Source: Lingula anatina (Eukaryota; Animalia; Brachiopoda). Taken from it: a stretch of DNA of 64,000 bases. Of this stretch, positions 14,001-29,000 are shown in pieces. Made by a program: the position numbers and the translations under genes. The stretch is taken from contig CM120641.1 in the NCBI GenBank assembly GCA_051362555.1, positions 10,292,001 to 10,356,000 of the forward strand, in the 5' to 3' direction. The notes beneath the pieces are model-generated. The model ran no database searches. It saw only the letters and a list, made by a program, of their open reading frames with translations, and was not told the origin of the DNA. Position 1 is the stretch's first letter, and each line of letters starts with the position of its first letter.

Positions 14001-17000
14001 ACCCCTGGACAAAATGAACTCCTTGCAGTGAAAATGGAGATGGCTTTGATATGGCAAATACCTTCCAATATCAGAGATAGCTGAGCCTGTATCTGATTTT
14101 ACCAGGCAAGAAATCCTGACTCACTTTAGTACTGAAACCCCAGTAGCTGTGAGAAGACAGACGTCTGTGCTTCCAGGAGTGTAATGTTTGAGGAAAGCTG
14201 TCGAGTTTACGTGTTGTATATAAAGTAATTGTGTAGTGAGTGGCAGTGAGTGGATGTTTCAAAGTCATTCATGTGTCACTATTGTTTGCTATTGTTTGAC
14301 ACTTGGCAGGTTGAGTTTGGCCTTGTACTGGCTGATTAGCACATTTCCAAGCCCCCTTGTTCATGGGTGAAAGAAATTATTGACTTTTGATCTATTTAGC
14401 AGGGGAATGCCTTCTCAATTAGCAAATAAGGCATTAATTGGGTATAGTAATTACCTTACTCTAAACAAAATAAAAGTAATGCTGAGTGTTGATGGGATTT
14501 GCAGCATGCAAATTGAATGAGTATATGACCCATGCTCCTCAGTAAGGGTAATAGCTGATATTTTTTTCCAAATGATTTTTTGTGGTGCAGGTGTTTTTGC
14601 ATACTTTGTTACAGTCATTTGTAATTTTACTAGTAGAAAACTTCATCTTTTTGCAAATCCCAATTTCTATTCCCCATTCTTTTTTCTTTCTTTTTAAAAG
14701 TTCCTCCATGAAAGCTGTTCAATATTTGTCTACATTTGTAATGTTTGTATTTATTTGTTATTGAATGTATTTTATTTCAAGTAAAGAGGACATGAGTATT
14801 GACGAGGATTCATGTTAACAGATTTATGTTACATGTATGTTAGTTACTCGCATCAATTCCTCTAATGTGCTGAATGTATTTGCAATCCACGAGGTTAACT
14901 TGTCGATAATGCTTTATTACCATTCATGAAGACTGCGGCAATTGCAGGGCAGACTATTAATTTTGTGCCAAATAAAGGAAATTTGCGATTTGCACTAAGA
15001 GCTTCCTATTCATATGCTAGTACACGCCAGACTGGCCTGGTGTTTTTTCCCCAACAGCCCAGTGCAGCCTTAATTTAATTTCCAAAGTTGCTATCTATTA
15101 CCTCAGCTTAATTGAGGAAGTGCTGTTCTGCTTTTACATTAGATGTAACCAGTAGCACCATTGGGTTTTATTGTCTATTCATTTAGCAGGTGGCACAGAG
15201 GAATAAATCAAAACAGTGAAAATCCAAACAACATATTCCAGGTATATGGTACACATACAGTGGCCTATTGATCACCAACAGCAGTTAGTAGTATGTCTGG
15301 GAAAATCCATAGCAAATATAATGGGGTAATGAGAGTACTACGTGGCTGATAGGGTCTTGAGGCGCCTCTTCTGGGATTGTTTAGCGAAAAATCTGAGTTG
15401 CGTTGTAAAGCTTTATCTGGGATGCTTTTCATTGGACGATATTGACTGGAGGGAGGGTTAGTGCTATTCAGCATCTAAAATATTGCATTGTTAGGGCATG
15501 AAGACAGATGGAGGATTGAAATGAGAAATTATCCTTTGTTTCAATCATTTGTCACAAAAGTATTTTTGGAAGACCCATTAGAGTATTAAAATTAAATGAT
15601 GTACTTAGTATCTGCATGTAGAACTTTGTAAGATAAATTTACTGTGTTTCTTTATCATTACTCACCAGTTCTCTTAAATACAGCATGAATGTGAAAAAAA
15701 TCCTATGTTAATAAAGTAACACTGTTCATATAAAACAAACATGACTTCACCAACAAATGTATCCTTTGACATTAAGATGTTTGATCTGAGAAGTTAAACA
15801 AAGGGAATGGATATATTATTCGTAATGAATTAAGAAAATAGGTCTTCATTTGTCATTCGCGACACTGACACAAATAATAGCATTCGAAATACATGAATTA
15901 TAGATGCAAACTGCTATGATCTCATTTCTCACCTTAGTCACAGAAACATAGAACTGCCAGCCCTCAAATTCATGAATTATAAATGTTCTGCTTGGAAGTC
16001 CTTCCACTGATAACTGTCAGCAGTCACTTTTTACTGCTGCTTATGAATCCACAGTAATTTCTCAGAAATTTCAAATAGCTCACTAATCCAAAAATATTAT
16101 TTTTGGTCTGCATTCATCAGTTTTAGTAACCCAAAAAGAACTTGCTGTTTAAAACTTTTAAATGATATTTTCTGATATTAACTATAAAACGTTGTTTGAA
16201 ATAATATTACTGGTACTAATTTTTTGTTCGCATTTGGTGAATAATTCTCATATTTACAGTAAATTGTTGGAAATGCAATGGAGTATAAGATAAATAGTAA
16301 TACTTGACAGTTATAGGCAAATTATCATCAATTACCACAGCTTTTCAACTGTTTTGCCCCAGTCTTTTGTGGATGTTTTTTAAGGGTGGTTCCAAAGGAA
16401 TATTTTGCATAGTTGTCCTGACTGGCTGACTCCATTGTTCACATAACTGGTACTATTTTTGGACTGTGGCACAATGTAAATATACTAGTGACTTGTCATA
16501 TATGCATTCATATTCTGAACATATTTTTTTCATAAGGCATTATTGGTTTTCTGTTCTACATCCTGGTTATCCCTGAAATGTTGAATAACATAAGGGGAAG
16601 GTATCAAACAATTTTCTATTTGGAAAACAAGTTCAAATGATGCATTTGCCTTCCACACATAGAATTTCGAGGAGAAACATGGACCCCCCAGTTTAGTCAT
16701 GATAAAACTATGTACAGCATGTAACAACCATGGGTCTACGCAACACTTGCGATATTTTCAGTTGCAATACCAGTGTGGGGGCATAACACATTAGATGTTG
16801 CTTCTGTGGTGGCCGTAGAGTAAAGCATTACATGATATTCCTGATATTTATGGAAACTACTTCTTTAGAAGATTTCTTTTATCTTGTAGCTGCTGATGTC
16901 CTCATCTCTTTGGTGGTTAGTAGAACATGTCTTGACCTGGCATTTCCTTGCAACTAGACACAACTGGATTTACAATTAATTGCCCGTCAGTTTTTCAAGG

Positions 17001-20000
17001 CACAAAGAGAGACATGGGCCATTGCATTTTAAATGGAAATGTTTCCTCCCTCAGTCTGAAGCTACAGCAAGTCAGGCTCTATATTGATGCTGTAAAGTGA
17101 GAATCTTGGTAGCTAAATTCATCCCAAAAGTTTGGACAGAGTGAGATGTTTTGGCTACCTTTCTTCTTGGCACATCAAAAGAATGAAACTGATGGTAGAA
17201 GGGCTATCAAAGGTCCCTCCAAACTTCACAACACCTGACCAGGTGTTTAACCTTCTGTACCATTTGGTCTATGAAAAAGGAATTTAATGCATGCCTTATT
17301 ATCAGGGTTATTATTTATAACAGTTCTCTACTAATCTTCTTAGCAGCTCCTAATCCTGATTAGAAGAGGTTGTTGTTGCTTTTGCTCACTCTTGATTACA
17401 TTCTTACACATTCTCTGTGAAGCGAGGCATTGGTGTTAGCTTCAAATGTCAGTTCATATATTGTGTGTTGATCTGCTCCTGGCTTCCTAGTTTTTATTGA
17501 ATTAACACAGATTTGTCATTTGGATCAGAGTACACTACAGTTTTAAAAGGAGTTCCCTGTGATGATTTTCATGAATTCATCTGTTAAATGAAGCTGTAAA
17601 ATCTGGATTGCAAAGAAGCCTGTTATTGAATGCTGCGCCCAAATGCATCTCTCCTCGACATAACCATTAAAATTAAATTCTAATTTACAATAGAATTAGC
17701 TTATGGGAAGATTGCAGACATTCATACAGTAGTGCTGTATGTACTGGCAGTGAGTCGTATTTTCAGGTGATTTGTAGTCGTGGAGCAGGTGTGTGCACCT
17801 GTCAACCACATCTGTATGTCATGTGTCACAGCAAAGGCTGCAGTAGTTCCCCAGTTTCTTGTCATATGAATTCTGGCAAAAGTACAATGTCACTTGGACT
17901 ATTAAGAAATGTTACACAGTAGTTCTTCAGGACTGGGTTTATTGATTTGTGTGTGCCGTACAGTATAGTCCATTAACCAGATGGAGATTTAACAGAAGTG
18001 TGGACAAGCTGTCACTTTGGTCACTCAGTTCTTTGATACAGTATTGGGCCTGTGCTCAGTGAACTACTTAGTTTAAAACAAATGAGAGGATTATAACACA
18101 AATTATTGGCAAATCATTACACAATTGATTGAGTAAAATTTTTCGATAAGCCAAGGGAAGGGAAAGAAAATGTCCCCAAGCCCTGGTGGTGCCAAGGAGA
18201 CTGGCTTAGAAGCCACATTATTGATAAAGTATGGATAATGTTCCACGGGCATTGACAGCATCACACACATGACTCTATTGCTGGTATTGACAAGTAACTT
18301 GTGTGTGCTTCGGGCTATTCCGTTAGCTGTATATGAGGGAGGCCAAGGAAGGGATCAAGGACAATATAAGGCCTTCAGAGATGGACATTGTTTTATTACT
18401 CTTGATACATTCTTTAGAAGAATAAAGTAAATGCTTAGGTGTGTCATCCAACATGTTGACCAAAGGATTTTTTCCTAGTCAACTTGCTTAGGTTGTGGTT
18501 CCAGTCTAGTTGTCAAGTCTTATCTTAATGAGTCCCATCTCACAGGCTATGATTTCTAACCATCAGATTCCATGCTAATCCCTCTGTTGTTCCATCCACA
18601 TTATCTGTACTATATAGGATGGTCAGAAATCACTTTTTTCTTTTAGACAGTGTTACACTGTCTTCTAAATCTGGACTGGAAATCGGCCTTTTTAAGAGGT
18701 GACCAGTTGGAAGAAAGATAAATGTTCCCTTCAGTCTCATAGCACCCTCAGACATGCTAAAGCATCACACAAAGCATTTATCGGACAGTTTTGGTGGTGA
18801 TTAGGAAAAAAGATCATGTCTGGACTGGAAATTAAATTGCTTTGTGTTCAGTTTCTTCACTCACAACACACATCTCCGGATATATATTCTGCCGAGAAAG
18901 ATACACATCTGACATTTGAACATGCTAAAGAATGAGCCCATAACATCCCTCATATTAAAAAAGAACATTGTTTTGCTTTCAGAACATTATTTCAGTGCCA
19001 TTTGAAAGTGATTAGTCGCTAGGCTGCAAAAAAAAGGTGAATAAAGGAAACAAAGAGTGCAGTGCTATATGAAATGAAGGAAGCAACACCATGTGTGGCC
19101 AGATATTACTTTTCCACATTTTCATATGTCAGTTTGCTTGAGTGAATCCCATGTTAATTTTTTTTCACAGAAAAAAAGTTTTATATATGTTGGGCTTTTT
19201 GAAAATTTAGCATGTTTTTGCACTTCTTGTGGATTTTAAATTGTATTTGTGTAATGTTTGGGTGAAGCAAATCGAAATTTCAAGCCTCTGTGTTCTTCAT
19301 AGTTCTATATCTAAAGTGTAAAATGGTGAGACAATATTGTTTTGTAAAATATTAAACTAGTCAACTTGGTAGCCACCCAAGATAAGCAGCAAATAAGGTG
19401 CCCCTAAGGTAGGAACAATAAGTCTTTGTTATTGGCAGGCTCGGAAATGCCAGTGTTGTTGAGTTCAGGAAAGGCCTGGTTAAAGATGCCATTTTAATTT
19501 CCTAAGAGTGTATTCCTTTTTATAAGACTGGATATGACACCCTGGAATACAGTGATAGAGTAGTGAAGTCTACAGTAAGTGGAAATGAATGTGCCCACAA
19601 ATTCAGAATTAGGAATACAAGTTCCCCTTTTAAAAAAGAAAAGTGAACAAATAGATGTCTTTCTTTTTCCCAACAATCAGAGTTGAAATCCAACCTCTGC
19701 CTAATGAGGAACCCCAGCATCAACTGATAGATGGTTATCAGAATTAGTTATGAAAATCCATAATGTGAGTATTATCGCATAAGAGTTGGAAGATTGAAGG
19801 TGCATTTGTGATTTTTAGACACAGTGCCTCTTGTGAAAAGTATCCAGTAAAAAAGGAGAACATTTTTAATTAAAATTCCACATTTTTTATTAAGAAATTT
19901 TCTGAATATTTTGTACACATAATTTGTGGAATCATGGCAAGTGTGGAAAATTTCTACACCATAATAATTATGGTGATTTTTCCATTTTATAAGTTGTATA

Positions 20001-23000
20001 ATTTTCAGTTAAACACAAAAACAATGTTTCTGACTCCAGTCTTACTCAAGTTTCTGAACTTTTGTTCCATTTCTTTTTCTGCATAATAAAACATTTGGGC
20101 AATAAAACAAATGAGTTTTGTTCAGATTTAGTCAGTGATTACCATAATAAATCTTCTGTCTGCAATACATCATTTTTGCCAAAAATAGAAATCCTCTTCA
20201 TGATCAACTCGTGAAATGTGTAACTCGATTCTTTGACAGTAAACCCTCTGCTTCTGTTACTGAATATTGTCTCTAATTTCAATGTCATAACAGGGCTGGT
20301 ATCCAATTCTTACTTTGCCAAGGAAACCTACCTTGTCTTTGTTTTAGATTTCAAGAACTAGTTGACTGATAGCTTGTTTGGGTGACGGATGGGAAGCATA
20401 TACTATGATTGATGTATGGTTTGCATGCCAGGGAAGGAATATGGGACAGAAATATCATTTATCATCAAGGATGTCATGGAAATCAATTAACAGGTTCAGG
20501 GAAGAAAGCCACTTCTTCATCTTTATGCCATGATGGGGTGAGGTTTGACTGAGACCATGTAGTGGGAAAAAATAGAGGGTACTCAATATTTAAGTCAAAG
20601 TAAAACTTCTTGAATATAAACTCTTATAGATTATCTTTATATTAGAAAATAACACTAACAAATAACATGGGCCAGTCAAAGATTGTGATTGTCTGGCCTG
20701 GTCGTGTGTAGTCTGGATTGTAATTAATATCTAGACACAGTGACCAAGGTGTATAACCTGGAAAATATCCAGCCTGAGCACATCTTAGTGGACAGGGAGT
20801 GTTCTAAATCACAGCTGATAACACCCTCTAGTAATAACACTTACACAGAAACCATCTTCAGCAAATGTTGGCAAATCAAAATAAGTAGACATTGATGAGA
20901 AAAGATAGGCCAGCAATGGGTCATCTGGTGGTCAAGACTGACCAGGTTGCTGAGATGATCAGTGGTTGTTGATGAGCTGTGTTTTTGTTATCAGTGAAAA
21001 GACACTATGGAGAGATTTGACGGCTTGCTTTCTGCCTGTATAATGTTTCAACCAATTTCCTATAAAATCAATTTGATTGGCCTCGCCTAATAAATAGGAC
21101 TCTCCAAAAACAATAGCAGCTTTGAAGTGAAAGTTAAATGCAGATTTGTATTGAAAATGGAGAAAAGAGAAGAGATTCAAAACATGTTGTCTCATAGATG
21201 AATCTCATAGATCAAGTCACTCTGAGAATTAACTTGCTGAAAGATGGTATAGAGAAGCTGTTTGCAAAAGAAAAGTGCATGGTTTTGATTGCAAGGTTTC
21301 AATTTCAGCTTTTGAGTTGGTAGCTTGAGCTCTTTAGTTAAATAATTTATTGTGATAGAAAATCTTATCTGTAAACCTTGTCAGACATTGGGGGACAGCG
21401 CGCTGTGCCGAGGGTTCGCTGTGCCGACAAAACCGGAAAATTGGTCTAAAATCGGCTAAGTTTTTCCGGAGTCCCAAAATCAAAGGTTCGCTATGCTGAA
21501 GGTTCGCTGTGCCGAAAGGATCTGGTTCGCTGTGCCGAGGGTTCGCTGCGCCGAAAAAGTCGGCTACCCATCACCCATTGTGCTTGTTATATAACGTGAC
21601 GAGCAGTGGCCTTTTTTTTTAAATAAACGAGTTTAAAAAGTTCTCCGTACCATTTAAATTTGTTAAAACTGCGCATTGAAAGTTTATCCTTATGGACATA
21701 AACATCTTAAATCGCTTTAAATGATCAGTTCTGTAAGTTTAATTTATTTATTAACTTGTATGTTTACGTAATTGTATATACAAATACGCAATTATATATG
21801 CAGAAAATATAGTGTGTAATTCATGTTCTTTGTAGTATTAAAGGCTAGTAATGCTATTATATATTATTTTAATAAAAAAAGGTATTTTTTTCAAAATATT
21901 TTCCTCAAAGTATGGGCTATGCTTCGGCATAGCGAACCTTCGGCTCAGCGAACCTTCGGCATAGCGAACCCTCGGCACAGCGAACCTTCGGCATAGCGAA
22001 CCCTCGGCACAGCGAACCTTCGGCATAGCGAAGCGCACCCAGACATTGGACTGCATTATTTTAGAAAAAAACTCCAGTGATCCCAATTTAAGTCAGATAG
22101 AACTACTGGTACTAAGAGAAAAAACACCAGTAATCTTTGCTTTACAAATTGTCAAGTTTGTAGCAAAAGAAGTATTTTAAGCCGTGACATTTGAGAGTTA
22201 ATTCTGTGCAGGAAGTTGCACGTTTCCAGAAATATCAAGTTAAACCTGGAGGAGGAATCGAGTCCACTTTGGCATCTTATATATTTTATTTGATATTTGC
22301 TTTCAGAAGCAATCATAGTATATTTGCCTTGATGTCAAAGTATATCAGCATGCAGGGTATTTTCACTCCTCTAGGGGTCTGAGATGTTCAGGCAATGTTT
22401 CTGGATCAATTACTCAGTTTCTTCTGATGTTAAGCCTCGGTGTCATTAGTAGAGCCAACAGGCAGCTCATAGAGGATACTAAATTCCATTGATTTTTGTA
22501 TATCTAAATGTCCCTGCACCCAAAGGCAGTTATAGGAATTATTAAATATACTTTCAAACGGAATAAAAATTCTGAAGCCATTAACCTGTGCACCAATGGT
22601 CAAATATCAGGGCATGGAAGTTGCTATGGGGTTCCTATTTAAACTTTAGCATATTTCTAGTGGTCAGAATGGTCAGCATTAACCGGTTCTGGACTATAAG
22701 GTTAGATTAAGAGGTACTCGGCACGCAAATTTTACTTCCAAGTGCAACATTTACCCCATTCACACTACAGTTGCCAAAATGCGCATTTCTATAATTCGGA
22801 TTTTTCGTAAGGAATCCGATTCGGCATTGCGTTCACACTCGCGAAGCGAATCCGAATCCCATGTTGAAAATTTCAGGTTTAACTTCCTGTTTTGAACACT
22901 TGCGCATGCGCCGCACAGGAAATCTTAAAATACCAACAAAAATTTGTGACGACAAATGCAACTCAGAAGACATTCCAGCATTCTTGAGAAGTATAAGGTG

Positions 23001-26000
23001 GCAAAATAAGTTTGTTTCCTCATGTTGTAGTGAGTGGTGACCTCCAAATACGTTTGGTGCAATCGCTAAAGTAATAAACAAGCGTTCATAGATATCCGCA
23101 CTTATCAGCACACATGCGCAGTAAGATCTGTACAGGTGTCGATTCCGGTAAGTTATCCGGATCGCGCTTAGAAATCCACCTCGCTTGCAGGATTTTGAAA
23201 ATGCGCATTACAAAAATCCTCTTGCGTTCACACTACTGCATTTATTCGAATTGTGACCTAATTCGCAATTTATCCGGATAACTGAGCATAGTGTGAACGG
23301 GGTAATTAATGCACCACGTGTATTTTGGAATAGGAAGGAGTTATCTTGTAACCCCCTAGCTTGAGATCATTAAAACTAATGAGAAAGGAGGTGGGAGACA
23401 TGGAGTGGTTGGAATTTATTGATCCCCTTCAAAAACTTTGGAATTGTATGCATATTGTATGAATTGGGAATAAAAAATGACTTTCCAAAAAAAAAAAAGA
23501 GCAGTTGTGTAATTCATCTTTTTGACAACATTAGAGATTTCCTTAGCTGTCATTTCCTAACTGATTGGCAATCCTGTTCTCAAATGTCCAAAATTGTTTC
23601 TTCAGCCAAACTAACAATGAAAAAAAAAGTTTTTTAATTGTCCTGACAAAATTTTATCACATGAAGACAAATAGTAGGATTAAAATGCATTATTTTTCTA
23701 AAATGACAAAGAAAAAACTTTTTAAACATTCTGGCATCTGAATGGGCATGATTACAATCAAGAGTGGCTGTCAAAGTAGATTGTAACTGAAACAGTAAGA
23801 CTTGCTAACCTTTCTTGGTATCCTACACCCTTATACTAGTTAACAGATTTAATTATGATGTTACTGGGTCTAAATAATATTTTAAGGATTATTTGTATAA
23901 AAAATATATCAACTGAATCATGACCAAAGGATTGCTTCTGTTTAAACATCTGTCATAACTGATTATCATGTTTTCTGCTTGTGGTAAAATTAATCAATGG
24001 TTTTTTCCTCGTGGTAATGACAGTGGGTAAGACCTTAGTTTACTGCAACTCTATGAGCACATCTCAGCTGTTCTGTAGAGGAAGAGAAATGAGTTTGCCC
24101 TGAAAGACTCAAGGCCGTAGAGATATCTGAACAAATGTAAGTTTTATTGCCAAGAGCTTGGCGTCAAATGTCTGTTCTGCAGGCACCTCTACACATGCTA
24201 GATGACAAAGATTTCTCATTTCATCAGTGTTCTGTAAATTGGATCTCTGCTCTTACCCAGGTACAAGATAATATCATCCATCATAAGAGTTGTACTTTGG
24301 GTGTATTGTGCATTTAAGTTTTTTAAGGTTGTTGGTCTAATACTTTGTGTAGGCTGTCTTAAAATCACGAGTTATACAGACTTTGACAGAGGCCAAGGAA
24401 GATTTATGTAAGTTCAAAATTCCAAATTCCCTCCTTACTTGAACTGTGATTTTAAGAAAATTGCTCATTTACAGAATATTCTTCTGGCATCTCTGAGGAT
24501 TTGAAAGAAAACATTCTACAAATGTCAGAACTCCTTCTTTCATGTTTTACTGATTTGATCTTCTTGCCGCCCTGGTGTATCCGTCCATTGCATTTGTTCT
24601 GGAAAAATATTATTCCTCCATTAGGAGTGGATCAAGGGGGCTGACGAGCTCCTGGGATGTGCAGGATGGAGATCTTCATTGCTGAACATTCTTCCTCCTG
24701 TTTGTACAAGAAATCTCAGAGAGCTTGCAAAAACATGTACTTAGAATCCTGCATGCTGAACAGATAGGTTGTCTGTCAGTTTATCAAGATGATCACTCAT
24801 TTTCATTCCCAACAGCAAGCCCATGTTCAGTTTGGATCTATAAAATTTGCTTCACAAATTTCTCATTTTGTTTAACAGTGGCTTAATCCATGCTGTAAGC
24901 CTACACATGTATACAAATAATGGGATCACTTTCCTTTTCCTTCAGAAAATTGACACATTTCTTCAGTGAAAAGTTTTGCTTTAAGCACTTTGCAGTTGTT
25001 ATTTTTTTCACTGTACGACATGTTTATTTTGGTCTGGATGGCGGAAAATGATGTAGCCGTTGGTGCAGACAGTATGCTCACAGATCAATCAAGTGTCTCC
25101 TTGGTTGAAAAGAGAATACCTGAAGGTGTTGTCAGAAGAGAAAGTTCCCAAAAGAAAAAAAATGTTTCCACAAGTTTTTAATTAAGACTGGGCTTTATTT
25201 GGTTAACTAGCGCCTGTTTGCTTATAGATTTACACAGTGACATGTGACATAATGAAGCGCAGATATCATCTACATGATTTCATCTCCCTTTACCACTCTC
25301 CAACATGTGTGCGTACACATACACATACCTGTCTTTCTTATAAATATGAATTGTGCACTGTGGACAAAAAAAAGGAAGTTGAGTTCTACTCTTCAAATAA
25401 CAACTCTTATGACATGTATATTTTCAAACATAGAAATGAAAAGGGTGTTGTTTATATCTCTTCTTTATTGTAAAAATATTATCTACACAAGAAGCATCCC
25501 ATAATGTTTTCTTAGTAGTTACCTCCAATCACTCTGTCTACTTAATCTGTGTTATCTCAGGTAGGGAGGCCCCCATTCAATCTTTGCCCTATCTGGCTAG
25601 TGTTTAGAAGAAAGGCAAATGGCATACGAAAACCAATTTGACATTAATGCCCCTTTCCTACAGTATAGGTGCAATTCCTTTAGCAGTGCTGGTAGTTTAT
25701 TGCTAACTTTACTCCACTTTATTGCCTCTTTGGAAGTACGGATTTAATTCATTCCTTTGATTAGTGTCGCCCTCCTGACCTTATTGGTGCCTTTGGATGG
25801 AAACCTGCTTTTGATAGAAAAAATAAGAAAAGGAAGGGAGCGACAATGCCGACTTTAACAGAGGATGTTTTGTCAAAGAGTGATTTACTTGCTCACGTAA
25901 TTCTTTTCTTTAGGTGAAAAATGTGACAAAATACTTCGATGGCTCTCAGAAGGTATTCAGTGAGGAGAGCATGTATGAAAAAGAGGGAACAGCAGTCATT

Positions 26001-29000
26001 AACTCAGCATTCACTTTAGAAAATTTCGATCTAGAGCTTTGCTCTGATCTATTGATAATTGTGGGGGATTATTGAAACTTCATGGTTTAGAGCATGTCTA
26101 TGCTTATGTGTTGAATATGATAAGTATTTTCACATTGACAACTTGATCCAGAGATAATTGAGTTGGGTATGGCATTTTTGCAATTATATCGGTGGCTTTG
26201 AAGCTCTCAGGCAATTTTGAAATCAGTTCACTGATAGAAGGGGCACATGAATCCATGCTTGTTTCTTCTTGTCTACTTTTTCTTCATGGGAAAGTGATTC
26301 ATTTCCAGTTGCTCATCATTTTACTTTTATAACAGTAGCAGTCTTTTTCTGTGGTAAATATTTACTGTATTCTAGTGCTGAATAAGGAGAAGACGCTTTT
26401 AAATTGGAAGTGAAGTGGAGTGGCCTGTCATACCCTCTTAAGCCTTATAAAGATGTTAGAAAGAAGATAAAGGATACTTCAGAAATTTATCTAAATAGAA
26501 AAATTCTTTGAATTTAAGTTGAAGGGTCCTGCCATAGGCATCTCAAGTGTTAGTTACTTCTAAAATATGAAAAATGAAAAGGTTTGGCAAAAGTAGTATC
26601 ATAAGGCCATCAGTGTAAGAAGTAATATAGTTGGCCTGTCTATTTCGATTTGCTGGTGTATTTGAATCCTGTTACATATTCTAAATTTACCCCACTGGGC
26701 ATCATTAAAGTTATTCAAATCTCATGGCTCAAGTCTTTATGTAAATGCAAAACTCCAGAATTTCCTCATTTATTTCAGATTTTTTTGATAAATGTATGGT
26801 GGATGCATATCTTGTCAGTTATCAGTCAGGTCTTATGATAAGATTCTTTTCCTGTTAAAGTCAGGAGGCATATAATGGTAAAATGAGCACAGGGTCAGAC
26901 CTTGTATCTACAAAATCATGACTTAATACAGTGTCCGATGTGTGTATAAAAATCTTGCACTGAATCATGAGTAAAAGACATCTCGGTTAAAATAATTTTT
27001 TTTTATGCCAAAAGGCATTGTTGATCCAGACAAAGGCAAGCTACATGAACAGACATGTACGTATTACACCCTCTCATATATTTTATACATTCACTATGCG
27101 TGGTATGCCTTAATTTGCTTGTTTTCTGACATGTCGGAATTCTAGTTAGTACTCTACTTTTTGGTTAATTGTCTGGTCCAGTGAGTTTAAAACAACACCC
27201 AAGGTCACAAGTACAGAATTAGTACTTACACTATAACCGTTTATCACATTTGGGTAATAACAGAAATCTTGGGTAGCTATAAAAAGTATAAAACTAGGGT
27301 ATTAAGGACAGTTTGCGCATAAAGCACATGTCTTATTAGGATCGTTAAAACCACTCATAAAAGAAGTAGGGGAACCCAGAGGCTTGTTATTTTGACTAGT
27401 TGATTTCTAAGTGCAAAAGCAAGCTGACAAAGATTTTTTTCCCATTCTGTTATTGATGTTATTCATCTTGGGAGTTGGTTTCATATAGAACCAGGTTAAT
27501 CCTTCTCTTGTTACAATAGTATACTTGTCATGGTGTGGGACCTGCTTACAAGCTCACAGTTCGATATTCGTTGTCCATGATTCTTCTTATTGAATTAGTA
27601 AAGGAAAACCTCAGAGCAGATGTGCCTCATTATCGGAGATGAATTTGATTACGGCTTTTATGTGCAATTTTAGACTTAAAGACCCTCTTTTATTTGAAGC
27701 TAAATCATTATTGTGGAAAACTTGGAAGTGTTTTGATTCCCTTTTCACTGGTGCTTCTGGCATGGCTCAGTGAAATGTGTGTGGGACCATGCTGTACATA
27801 GAGCTGACAACACTGATATTGTCCAACATTTTTGCCCCGAGAAAAATGGATTAAACCTCCTATGATTTTGTACCTGTATGTGCGCTCTTAACTAGTGGGC
27901 AGGGTGAATACAATTATATAACTTAACAAGTGAAATTCTTTGCTCTCGAGAAACGGTATTTGTTTTGTTTATTAATTACTCTTACGTAAGTCCCCAAGTA
28001 AAGAGTAATAGTCACAGGCTGGCATTTGTGTAATTTTGCCTTGAGTGCCCTTTTTTTCTTTTCCGTGAGGCAAATTTTCTGGATGCACTTATCTCGTATT
28101 AAAGCTTCATTGCTTGAAGTGCTTGCTTGGTGTGTGTGAAGCATGGCCAGACAGATATTATTGCAAGTTTCCCATGTGAGTTGACTTGTATGTTACAGAG
28201 TAGTACTGTGCCTATAGTAATACCACCTTCAGGTCTCATAAACATCATTAGTCACTCTCTTGAACTTATTGAGGAACGTCTTTGTAATAGGGAAGAAATT
28301 TTGGGGCAGCATTGTGGTGTATGAGAAAAAAGTGTTCTAGGCTAGGCTGGTACCCAGCTGTGGGTTAAGATGAGGTGCACTGGAGGGCCAGGTTAACACT
28401 GCTGTTTAGGTGACACCAGACACTGCTAATTATGGTAGACCAGGCTTTCCTAATCTAGAACTAACCTGGCATAATATGCGGTAAAGTTATTTGCGCAGAC
28501 GTCTTCTCCATCTTCCCCACCTGCTCCTGAAGTTCTCTGTTATTACAAACAAAGAACACTTGAATAGATTGCAGTACTTCTAGGGTTTTGGTCCTTTCAG
28601 TATTTGAACCTCATGCAGGGATATAGCCTAATTTAAAGTCAGCATCATCTGTCTTCTGCTGGGCTTAATTGAAACGGAGAAAAAAACAGGTCCTTGTTTT
28701 GTGGTGAGGTTGTTTGAAAATCCATTTCTTTGAAATGGTTGAATGAAAGGTGATTTTGGCCCATTTAATGTGACGTACTTGCATGTCATTTTGTTTCACC
28801 TTGTATTGATGGATTGTTTTACCAATCCTCAATCATGTACTGTCTCCTCTCATGGACTCCTTTTTTTTCTATTTTCAGTATGCCAATTTTGTTCTTATCT
28901 TTGAAGCTTGAGACAGACTGGGCCTTTTTTATGGAGAGTGACGTATTACTATATACAACACTGTTCCCATAGATTGTATTTCCCTCTTCAACTTCATGGT

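Noticed and set aside
21838-22086. ORF with repeated RFAMPKVR motifs
   Set aside because: Translation of the 15-bp subterminal repeats of the MITE.
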